The notes under the pieces were generated by a model. The model was not told where the DNA came from and did no database searches. It worked only from the letters and a program-made list of their open reading frames with translations. A program made the position numbers and the translations under genes. A stretch of 64,000 nt of DNA, taken from contig CAVSSY010000008.1 in the NCBI GenBank assembly GCA_963730675.1, positions 47,584-111,583 on the forward strand, written 5' to 3'. Shown in pieces: positions 20,185 through 28,480 of this stretch. How positions within the stretch are numbered: position 1 is the first letter of the stretch; every line of letters starts with the position of its first letter. The stretch is from an uncultured delta proteobacterium. GTDB lineage: Bacteria > Desulfobacterota > Desulfobacteria > Desulfobacterales > UBA5852.

Positions 20185-20558
20185 CGCAAAGGGCCGGATT
20201 ATCATGTGCGGGACGACTGCATAAAGCGAACTTTTGCTCATTTCACGACCAGAAAGAAGGCGATGCGACGCCTCGCAAGGAAAAGCGGCGAACCATGCGC
20301 TTCGTTCATGAAGAACCCGTTATTCTGGAAACGCAGGAAGGCCATCTGATCGGGGCGATCGTCATGAACTACAGCAAGAACGGTCTCTATTTCGAATCGA
20401 ATTTGAAAGTTCGCCAAGGCGTCATTGTGCGAATACGTAATGAAGCTACCCTGGCGTATCCTGATGGCAGCGGCTGCTGCGCTGAGGTCCGCTGGTCAAA
20501 GCCCCTGGAAGAGAAAAATACAGAGTACCTATACGGGGTCGGTGTTCGTTATTGCTGA
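20181..20558 (+). CDS. stand-alone PilZ-domain protein (predicted c-di-GMP receptor)
   Basis: RRTMR (RxxxR) and NYSKNG (D/NxSxxG) motifs occur at canonical spacing. The C-terminal AEVRWSKP...YLYGVGVRY is typical of the PilZ barrel. Confidence 0.75.
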   Translation: MTQRAGLSCAGRLHKANFCSFHDQKEGDATPRKEKRRTMRFVHEEPVILETQEGHLIGAIVMNYSKNGLYFESNLKVRQGVIVRIRNEATLAYPDGSGCCAEVRWSKPLEEKNTEYLYGVGVRYC

Positions 20559-20699
20559 AACAATATTCATATACGCATTCAGATCGTTGGCTAATTTTTA
20601 GCGATTCTGCGGTGACCTGTTAATCGGCTTCAATTTTTTCTGTATATCGGCCAGCGCGGGGCCCATAGGCCTCCCCACCCCAAACTTTAGCGTGGAGAA

Positions 20700-20939
20700 A
20701 TGACAGTGAAGACAGAAAAGGGAAACAGCGATGCCGAAAAGGGGATTGAATGTATCCAGTCCATTTGTCTCAGCGAAAAATCGACGGAATGCATCTGTCC
20801 CAAATGCGGTACACGCCACCGCGTGAAGCTTCTGTGGACCGGCCGGGGCATGCCCCGCAAGTTCTGCCCGATATGCAAGCATTACTCTAATTCAATCAAC
20901 GATGCCGATCCCTGCAATGTCAGTACAATGAGCGTTTGA
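20700..20939 (+). CDS. small zinc-ribbon protein (CPKC...CPIC), hypothetical
   Basis: 79-aa ORF with two CxxC pairs 20 residues apart (CPKCGTRHRVKLLWTGRGMPRKFCPICK) and GGAG just upstream. An antisense ORF of similar length has no motifs. Confidence 0.4.
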   Translation: MTVKTEKGNSDAEKGIECIQSICLSEKSTECICPKCGTRHRVKLLWTGRGMPRKFCPICKHYSNSINDADPCNVSTMSV

Positions 20940-21445
20940 TAGGCGACTGGCGGGTGAATTCGGTCTGAATCATGACGGCGCGCCACGGGTGCGACTTATG
21001 GGTGTCTTCGGAAGGACCATCGCTCCCGGCCCGATAGATCGCCTGTGCGCCTGCGGGGGCAACCGATCCGTTTCCCAAAATCCGAGACATGCTGCCGCCT
21101 GAAAAGTTTGCGGCTCCGGTTGCCCGGAGCCGCTATGGAGGAAGGAGGTAAGATGAAAGCAATATGGCAGTTGCTTTCGTTGGTCCTATTGAGACCACGA
21201 TTGTAGAATAGTTACATTTTTTTGCGAATGCCAGTTTCCCGGACTAAAAATAGCGCAATATTTCAGCCCATTCCCCTCCCTGAAGATTCTATCTATTTGT
21301 TTTTAAATATATTTTTATTTTTTTTATCCCACAAAAAATGTTCATACCCCCAAAAAAATATTGCAAAAAAATTTTTTTTATCCCATATACGCCACTTTAA
21401 TGCGTTTGAATTCACTATAATTCACCGCTGTGCGAGACAGGACAT

Positions 21446-21697
21446 ATGAATCATCGGGATATACATGCCACGCGGCTCAGCAAAGTCGCCGAAGGGCAAC
21501 GGGCCCGTATTGTCGCCGTTGGCGGCAGTGGCCCGCTACGCCGCCGTATTCTGGAAATGGGAATGACCAAAGGCACAGAACTCCTGGTTGAAAAGTATGC
21601 CCCCCTGCGGGATCCTTTGGAAATCATCGTCAAGGGGTTTCACATTTCACTTCGCGTGGAAGAGGCATCTGAAATTACGGTTGAAATAGTGGAGTAG
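21446..21697 (+). CDS. feoA: ferrous iron transport protein A
   Basis: 83-aa FeoA/SH3-like domain (RIVAVGGSGPLRRRILEMGMTKGTELLVEKYAPLRDPLEIIVKGFHISL), located 9 nt upstream of feoB. Confidence 0.9.
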   Translation: MNHRDIHATRLSKVAEGQRARIVAVGGSGPLRRRILEMGMTKGTELLVEKYAPLRDPLEIIVKGFHISLRVEEASEITVEIVE

Positions 21698-21706
21698 CCC
21701 GATTCG

Positions 21707-23893
21707 ATGGCACACGCGGAGATCACCATAGCACTGGCCGGGAATCCGAATTCGGGCAAGACCACCATTTTCAATAATATCACCGGAACCCGCCAAAAAG
21801 TCGGCAACTGGCCCGGGGTTACTGTTGAGAAAAAAGAAGGCCGGATTAAGAAATTCGGATACAATCTTAAAATCATAGACCTTCCCGGTATTTACAGCCT
21901 GACGCCATTCTCGATCGAAGAAATCGTCGCACGGGACTACATCCTTGATGAATGCCCGGATGTGGTCATCGATATTATCGATGCCTCCAACCTCGAACGA
22001 AGCCTTTATCTGGCGACCCAGTTACGCGAGATAGGCCGCTCCAACGTCCTCTTTGCATTGAACATGTCCGATGTGGCGCATGCCCGGGGATATAAAATCG
22101 ACAGCGCCAAGCTCTCGGAACTCCTCGATGTTCCCGTCCTGGAAACCATCGGAAACAAAAACCAGGGAATGGCGGCACTCCTGCAGAAAGCCATCGAAAT
22201 GGCCGAATCTGAGATGACGCCATCGAAGGAGCGCAAGGTTCGCTACTCCAAGGACATCGAGTCGGCCATCGATGATCTCATCCTCCTCCTGACTCCCCAC
22301 CTCCAAACCGAAGGACTCTATGAACCGCGCTGGGCCTCTGTCAAACTCCTCGAAAACGACCAGGTCCTTTTGAACCGCCTCAAAGTGGCCCTGCCGGAAA
22401 ATGCATTTGCCATTTTGCAGGAGAAGGCAGCCTCGCTACGGGAGATCCTCCAGCAGCGTTATAACGAAGATCCAGAAATCGTTCTGACCGATGAACGCTA
22501 TGGCTTTATTGCCGGCATTATGAAAGAAGTCTTCACCACCTCGCCGCGCAAACGCATCGACATGTCACGCAGTATCGACAAGGTACTGACCAACCGCTTC
22601 GTCGGCTTCCCGATTTTCCTCTTTATTATCTGGGCCATGTTTCAACTCACGTTTACCCTGGGGGCCTACCCCATGGACTGGATCGATACCGGCGTGGCCG
22701 GGCTGTCGACCCTATTGGGGCGGGCCCTGCCGGAAAGCCTGCTCAAGGATTTGCTCATCAACGGAATCATCGCCGGTGTTGGAAGCGTCATTGTTTTTCT
22801 GCCGAATATCCTCATCCTCTTTTTTTGTATCGCGCTTTTCGAAGATACCGGCTACATGTCCCGCTGCGCCTTTCTCATGGATAAAATCATGCATCTGATC
22901 GGCCTGCACGGCAAATCCTTTATCCCGATGTTGATGGGTTTCGGCTGCAACGTCCCCGCCATCATGGCCGCGCGCACCCTTGAAAGTGAAAAGGATCGCC
23001 TGCTGACGATCCTCATCACCCCGTTCATGTCCTGCTCGGCCAAACTGCCCGTCTATATCGTTCTGGCCGGGACCTTTTTCGGACCGCGGGCGGGCAGCGT
23101 CATTTTTATCATCTACCTTGTCGGCATATCGATCGCCGTCGTTTCCGGCCGCCTTTTCCGCACCACCCTCCTGCGCGGCGCCGACGCGCCGTTCGTCATG
23201 GAACTGCCCCCCTACCGTGTTCCCATGCTCAAATCGCTGTTGATCCACATGTGGGACCGCAGCAAGATGTTCCTGCGCAAAATGGGCGGCATTATCCTGA
23301 TCGGATCCATCATCATCTGGGCCTTATCCGCGTTCCCCCGCACCTTTCATTACAGCCATGACTACCCGGCGACCCTGGCTCATCTGGAAGCCGTCTATGC
23401 GCAAAAGGCCGCCGATGCGGGACCCGGTGAAAATACCGTGCTGGAAAAGGAACGACAGGATCGAATGCTGGAAGTGCAACGCGCCATGCGTGCCGAAGAG
23501 ACAGCCAATTCTTTTATGGGCATGATTGGCAGGGCGATTGCCCCGGTCTTTGCCCCCATTGGGATCGACTGGCGCGGAGGCGTATCCCTCCTGGCGGGAT
23601 TCGTGGCCAAAGAAATCGTGGTGAGCACCCTGGGTGTTCTGCATGCCGTCGACGAAGAGGGCTCCGAGGCCCTTCGCGAAGCCCTCGTGAAGTCGGGCAT
23701 GACCCCCCTGTCCGCGTTTTCCATGATGATTTTCGTTCTGCTCTACATTCCCTGTATCGCCACGGTGGTCACGATTCGCCGGGAGTCCAATTCCTTCCGA
23801 TGGATGTTCTTCAGCATCGGATACACCACGCTGGTGGCCTGGATCATGTCCTTCATGGTATACAACGGCGGACGACTGCTGGGCTTTTCATAG
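21707..23893 (+). CDS. feoB: ferrous iron transporter FeoB (G-domain + permease)
   Basis: Intact 728-aa ORF with GNPNSGKTT (G1), DLPG (G3) and NMSD (G4), followed by a polytopic gate/permease domain. Confidence 0.95.
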   Translation: MAHAEITIALAGNPNSGKTTIFNNITGTRQKVGNWPGVTVEKKEGRIKKFGYNLKIIDLPGIYSLTPFSIEEIVARDYILDECPDVVIDIIDASNLERSLYLATQLREIGRSNVLFALNMSDVAHARGYKIDSAKLSELLDVPVLETIGNKNQGMAALLQKAIEMAESEMTPSKERKVRYSKDIESAIDDLILLLTPHLQTEGLYEPRWASVKLLENDQVLLNRLKVALPENAFAILQEKAASLREILQQRYNEDPEIVLTDERYGFIAGIMKEVFTTSPRKRIDMSRSIDKVLTNRFVGFPIFLFIIWAMFQLTFTLGAYPMDWIDTGVAGLSTLLGRALPESLLKDLLINGIIAGVGSVIVFLPNILILFFCIALFEDTGYMSRCAFLMDKIMHLIGLHGKSFIPMLMGFGCNVPAIMAARTLESEKDRLLTILITPFMSCSAKLPVYIVLAGTFFGPRAGSVIFIIYLVGISIAVVSGRLFRTTLLRGADAPFVMELPPYRVPMLKSLLIHMWDRSKMFLRKMGGIILIGSIIIWALSAFPRTFHYSHDYPATLAHLEAVYAQKAADAGPGENTVLEKERQDRMLEVQRAMRAEETANSFMGMIGRAIAPVFAPIGIDWRGGVSLLAGFVAKEIVVSTLGVLHAVDEEGSEALREALVKSGMTPLSAFSMMIFVLLYIPCIATVVTIRRESNSFRWMFFSIGYTTLVAWIMSFMVYNGGRLLGFS

Positions 23894-24046
23894 CCCCCCC
23901 TTCCCTTCGCCTTGTTATTGAAAGCGGTTTCAGCCGCCCACCGGCAAAAGGTTCAACAGAGATGCTACGCCAAGTTGGGGATCTCGTTTTATTTTGGGAA
24001 GACAGGGATATGGGTGGGGAGAAACAAACAGCTGCATCCCATCAGA

Positions 24047-24271
24047 TCAACTGACAAAAATTTTGTGGGCCATGCCGCGCCCCAGAACCAGCCGACTACC
24101 TCGCACATCAAGGATAAAAGGATCCCCCGGGGAATTGCTGATAATCTCAACTTCCACCCCCGGCAGCAAACCCATAGCGGCCAGCCGGGAGGTCACCTGT
24201 TTTCCGCCGTTGACCGCTACCAAACGGACCTTACTTCCCCGGGCGGCCATGATGAGTGGCATCTGCGGCAT
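24047..24271 (-). CDS. second FeoA-family protein, convergent with feoB
   Basis: VRLVAVNGGKQVTSRLAAMGLLPGVEVEIISNSPGDPFILDVRGSRLVLGRGMAHKIFV matches the FeoA domain pattern. The start is uncertain (24271 or 24331). Confidence 0.7.
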   Translation of the reverse strand: MPQMPLIMAARGSKVRLVAVNGGKQVTSRLAAMGLLPGVEVEIISNSPGDPFILDVRGSRLVLGRGMAHKIFVS

Positions 24272-24398
24272 TTTCACCCCATTCGAGCACGTCAAGGTTA
24301 TAGTTGACGAACTCCATAGGACACTCAGCATGGCGTGTCAATATTTATTTGGCAAGACAAACTTTTTTACCGGTTCCAAGTTTGGCGGATCTGTAAAG

Positions 24399-24540
24399 TC
24401 AAACTTAAAATGGTTTCGTAAAAAGTTCGTGATCAAGGCTTGCGAAGCTGGAGGAATGAGGCGAACTTAACGCACGCCGCAGTGACGAGAGATGAAGCGT
24501 AATGCCGATATCGGACGTTTTACGAAACCGTCAAGTTTGA
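24399..24540. repeat. 142-bp palindromic, MITE/REP-like element between rlmD and the second feoA
   Basis: The termini are TCAAACTT-AAAAT-GGTTTCGTAAAA (24399-24423) and the reverse complement of TTTTACGAAACC-GTC-AAGTTTGA (24518-24540). They match at 8 + 12 perfect base pairs and enclose about 90 nt. Confidence 0.6.
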
Positions 24541-24547
24541 TGAATGG

Positions 24548-25936
24548 CTAGCGTCTCTCCAACCGGGCCACGCTTTCGATATGCCAGGTGTGGGGAAACA
24601 TGTCCACCGGCTGCACTTCCGCAATATGATAATGGTCCTTAAGCTGGACAATATCGCGGGCCAGGGTCGCCGGATTGCAGGATACATAGACAATCCGTTG
24701 CGACCCGCTCTGGATCACCTGCTTGAGAACATCCTGGTGCATGCCGTCCCGGGGCGGATCGATCACCATGACATCCGGTGACACCGCCAGATCGGCCAAT
24801 TGCCCACGAATATCGCCCAGGATAAAGCGGCAATTGTCAATGCGGTTATGGCGGCAGTTACGCGCCGCATCCTGGACGGCACTGGCCACGATCTCCATGC
24901 CCACCACCTCCCGGGCGCGATCGGCCAGAAAAATGGCAATGGTTCCGGTGCCGCTGTAAAGGTCCACCACAGTTTCCGTGCCGCCCAGACGGGCAAAGGC
25001 CTTGACCTGCTCATAGAGCAGCGCCGCCGAGCGCGTGTTGGTCTGGAAAAAGGAATTGGCGGAAATCGCGAATTCAAATCCGCCGATGCGGTCCCGCAAC
25101 TGGTTTTCACCCGCTAGGGGAACCTCATATTCGCCCACGGCGATCGCAGCCTTTCGCGCGGTAACGTTGTTCACCACCGCGACAACTTCCGGGTGGGTCG
25201 CCATGAGTCTCGCAGCCATTGGTCGCATCATGCCCTGGTCCTCGTCCGCGGTAATCAGGTTGATCATCCATTGATCCCTGGCCACGGAGTGGCGCAGCAT
25301 GAGAAAGCGCCAGAAACCCGTGTGGCTGCGCAGGCCATATGGCGGTCTTCCCGAAACCCGCATCTCCCGGCGGACATCCGCAAGGATGCGATTGCCCTGC
25401 TCAGGCTGAAGCAGACAGGCCCGGGTGTCCAGAACCTTGTGGAACGTACCGGGCACGTGCAACCCCAAGGCAAAGGTGATATCCTCGTCATCCCGCCCCA
25501 GTTCCGACGGCAGAAGCCAACGGCGATCCGCACAGGAAAATTCCATTTTATTGCGATAACCGAAAATCGGATTGGCCGGCAGGGTCGGATGGACCACCGG
25601 TCCTTCGAGCCCCCCGATATGCTCGAGGGCCTCGACCACGTGCTGCTGTTTGTACGCCAGCTGCTTTTCATAACGCAGGAACTGCCATTTGCACCCACCG
25701 CAAAATCCGCTGTATTCACAGGGCGCCGGCACCCGGTCCTCCGAGGGGCGGAGCAGTTGGATGACCCGCGCCTCGGCGTATTGTTTACGCTTTTTGACGA
25801 TCCGGGCCTGCACCTGATCACCAGGGACCGCCTGGTCGATGAAAACCGCCATTCCATCGATACGCGCCAGCCCTTTGCCGCCAATGGCAAGGTTTGTCAC
25901 CTCGATCTCTACGATTTGACCTTTTTTTACTGTCAT
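24548..25936 (-). CDS. rlmD: 23S rRNA (uracil-5)-methyltransferase RlmD/RumA family (TRAM + Fe-S + MTase)
   Basis: Intact 462-aa ORF with an N-terminal TRAM domain, a CEYSGFCGGCKWQ cluster, a DLYSGTGT SAM motif and a C-terminal VYVSCNPATLARD. Confidence 0.9.
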   Translation of the reverse strand: MTVKKGQIVEIEVTNLAIGGKGLARIDGMAVFIDQAVPGDQVQARIVKKRKQYAEARVIQLLRPSEDRVPAPCEYSGFCGGCKWQFLRYEKQLAYKQQHVVEALEHIGGLEGPVVHPTLPANPIFGYRNKMEFSCADRRWLLPSELGRDDEDITFALGLHVPGTFHKVLDTRACLLQPEQGNRILADVRREMRVSGRPPYGLRSHTGFWRFLMLRHSVARDQWMINLITADEDQGMMRPMAARLMATHPEVVAVVNNVTARKAAIAVGEYEVPLAGENQLRDRIGGFEFAISANSFFQTNTRSAALLYEQVKAFARLGGTETVVDLYSGTGTIAIFLADRAREVVGMEIVASAVQDAARNCRHNRIDNCRFILGDIRGQLADLAVSPDVMVIDPPRDGMHQDVLKQVIQSGSQRIVYVSCNPATLARDIVQLKDHYHIAEVQPVDMFPHTWHIESVARLERR

Positions 25937-26081
25937 GCTTGAATACGCTCGTTTCGTTCGGCCTCTAATCGGCCGGAGTTTTATGAAAATCGGAAGCCAT
26001 CCACCTCACCGTCGTGCCTCGGGCTGGGGCTCTCCTTTATAGGAGTCCGCCTGTCAAATCAATGCCCGTCGCAATCAATCC

Positions 26082-26843
26082 ATGAAGGACGGTATGTCAA
26101 ACGTGAAGCGGGAACAAGATGACGCAGCACCCGCGGAAATCAAGTGCGCGTTTTCATCCGACGACTTTCGCCTCCAAGGCACCCTGCATCTCCCAAGGGT
26201 ACCGCGCCCCAATCTCATCGTAGGATCGCATGGCTTGTACAGCAGTGGTGAATCCCCCAAGCAAGTGGCCTTAGCCCATGCCTGCCGCCAGGTGGGAATC
26301 GCCTATTTCCGATTCGACCATCGCGGCTGCGGCCGGAGTGAGGGACGTTTTACAGAGGTTACCCGTTTGGAAGGGCGCCGCAAGGATCTGATCGACGCCG
26401 TGGCCTTTTTACGCACCGAATTCCCCCTGGGGACCCGGCTGGGCCTGTTTGGCAGCAGCTTCGGCGGGGCCACCTGCCTCGCGGCAGCACCTCTTTTGGG
26501 ACCAAACCGCATGGTCACCTTGGCGGCGCCTGTCGACAGCCGCTCCATCCTGGCGGCAAACGAAGCAGCGCCCCCTGTGGAGCCGCCTTTTCTGGACGCC
26601 GCCTTTCAGTTCGATTTGCGCGGCGATCTCCAGTCCATTACCGACCTGCTGGTGATTCACGGCGATGACGACACGGTCATACCGGCCGGCCACGCACGGC
26701 TCATTTATAATGGCGTAGGCGACCCCAAAAGACTGCTCACCATCCCCGGGGGTGACCATCGCCTGAGTCAGAAAAACCATCAGCAACGCTTCATGGACGC
26801 AACCCTGGATTGGTTTCGCCCTTTGAGGCCCCCGATAGAATGA
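26082..26843 (+). CDS. alpha/beta hydrolase
   Basis: 253-aa ORF with a GSSFGG nucleophile elbow and HGDDD / GGDH blocks downstream. Confidence 0.7.
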   Translation: MKDGMSNVKREQDDAAPAEIKCAFSSDDFRLQGTLHLPRVPRPNLIVGSHGLYSSGESPKQVALAHACRQVGIAYFRFDHRGCGRSEGRFTEVTRLEGRRKDLIDAVAFLRTEFPLGTRLGLFGSSFGGATCLAAAPLLGPNRMVTLAAPVDSRSILAANEAAPPVEPPFLDAAFQFDLRGDLQSITDLLVIHGDDDTVIPAGHARLIYNGVGDPKRLLTIPGGDHRLSQKNHQQRFMDATLDWFRPLRPPIE

Positions 26844-26855
26844 TCGCAGGCCCTT

Positions 26856-27185
26856 ATGCTGAACATTAAAGTCGCCCGGTTAACGCAAGAAAATCTAAAA
26901 GCCATCCGTGATCTCGAAAAATCATTAGGGGACAAGGTCTGCCTTCTGGCCGTCGAAAAAGAAGGCGCCCTTTACGTCCTGGAGGCCAAAATGGCCCCCA
27001 ATCGCTGGACGCGAATCGACCAGGCCTATCCCGAGATCGACCAATTGCGGGCCTTTTTTCAAAACCATCAAGACGCCCATGATGCCAAAACGGCCCTCAA
27101 ATCCTTTTTGAACTCCTCCAGGGGCAAGGCGTTCATGAAGCGCCCCATCCGCATCCGCCTGAGCGTTCCCCTCGTGGACGATTAG
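26856..27185 (+). CDS. hypothetical protein
   Basis: 109-aa ORF 12 nt after the hydrolase on the same strand. I recognise no motif. Confidence 0.4.
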   Translation: MLNIKVARLTQENLKAIRDLEKSLGDKVCLLAVEKEGALYVLEAKMAPNRWTRIDQAYPEIDQLRAFFQNHQDAHDAKTALKSFLNSSRGKAFMKRPIRIRLSVPLVDD

Positions 27186-27355
27186 CAGACCGTGGAAAAA
27201 CGGCGTCTAAGGCCGAAATGCGGCGTTGTCCCGCATTGCGGGAATTCTCGTCTGATCCTATGGGCTAAGGTGAGTTCTGACGTCGCAAAACGGCGCGCAT
27301 GAGGGCTGATGCGCTTTTCGCATCGGACGCCATCCTTTCGGCCCATTGGTTATCC

Positions 27356-27378
27356 ACGGCCTGTTAGGGCCGTTTTTT
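27356..27378 (+). terminator. intrinsic-terminator-like hairpin inside a 390-bp convergent spacer
   Basis: ACGGCC-TGTTAG-GGCCGT followed by a T6 run. Confidence 0.45.
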
Positions 27379-27577
27379 ACCACCGCATAGAATGCGTGCA
27401 TCGGTCCTCGTTCCCCGTACGGCACACCCTTCATGGGGCCACTGGCGGCCTGGGGCTTCTGCCAGGAACCTATCCTTTGCCGACGATAAGCCACTCTTGA
27501 AATTGGAATGGGACGCATTGGAGAAAACGATGACCACATGCGAATTTTCGATCCGGCTTTGACGTGGGGGGCCCCCG

Positions 27578-28456
27578 TCAATTTGCGCGGTCGGCTCTTA
27601 TTGGGGTCATCGGAAGCCCATGGTGCCGTTCCAGAAAGGCCTGCACCGCCGGAAGATAACCCGGCGTTTGGGAGGCATCACTGTGCCCGGCCCCCGGCGC
27701 CACATAGAGGCTCACCGGGGCTTGCGTAAAACACGCTTGCAAGGTGTAGGCAAAACGCACCGGGAAACGGCGGTCCTGCTCGCCATGAATCAACATGACA
27801 GGGATTTTTATGGATTGCGCCAGCCTGCAGGGGGTCATGCGCCGCAATCGCCCACCATAGAAAAGATTCATCCAAAACAGAATCATGGGGCCGAAACAGC
27901 GGCCGAAAACAGGATTGGCCCACGTATAGAGATGCATCAGGGCTTCATGGGTGTCGGCGAAAACGCCTTCCAGAAACAGAAGCCGGATGCGGTCCGGATG
28001 CCTTACGGCCGCGATCAGCGCACCGCCGGAGCCTGCCGAGTGCCCGTAAAGGATAACCGGCTCATCAAGCCAGTTCAGCACCGTTTCGATATCCTGGGCA
28101 AACTTCATGATGTTCATCATGGGGCTGGGGGAACTGGTGCCGTGATCCCGGGCGCTGTGGATAACGGCCGTAAATCCCCAGGCGGCGAACAGGCGTGCCC
28201 GCGCCACCATGCGGTCACGGTTGCGGCCCCAGCCGTGCATGAAAAGAACCGTACCGCAGGAGGGACCGTCCGGTCGAATTCGCCAGACCTCCAGGGATCC
28301 GCCATCAACAGCCGTAAGCCGCAAATCTTCAACAAGGCCCCAGTCGGGCGGATCGTGCACAGGTTTTCGAGGGTATTGCTGCACCAAATACGTCAATACC
28401 AGGGTCACAGCAACATAGAAACTTGCCAGGATGATCAGTCCCGTAATGAGGGGCAT
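27578..28456 (-). CDS. membrane-anchored alpha/beta hydrolase
   Basis: 292-aa ORF with an N-terminal TM helix, HGWGRNRD and a GHSAG nucleophile elbow. Confidence 0.75.
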   Translation of the reverse strand: MPLITGLIILASFYVAVTLVLTYLVQQYPRKPVHDPPDWGLVEDLRLTAVDGGSLEVWRIRPDGPSCGTVLFMHGWGRNRDRMVARARLFAAWGFTAVIHSARDHGTSSPSPMMNIMKFAQDIETVLNWLDEPVILYGHSAGSGGALIAAVRHPDRIRLLFLEGVFADTHEALMHLYTWANPVFGRCFGPMILFWMNLFYGGRLRRMTPCRLAQSIKIPVMLIHGEQDRRFPVRFAYTLQACFTQAPVSLYVAPGAGHSDASQTPGYLPAVQAFLERHHGLPMTPIRADRAN

Positions 28457-28480
28457 GAGAGGCTTTCCTTGTTTCGGGGA

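Noticed and set aside
20598-20882. 94-aa minus-strand ORF overlapping the zinc-ribbon ORF
   Set aside because: It has no motifs and extends into the intergenic region. The plus-strand frame has two CxxC pairs and a GGAG upstream, so it was preferred, though with low confidence.
21222-21449. 75-aa ORF in the feoA upstream region
   Set aside because: It is open only because the region is A/T-rich and homopolymeric (Phe/Lys/Ile-rich translation). It has a TTG start and no SD, and it overlaps the likely feo promoter.
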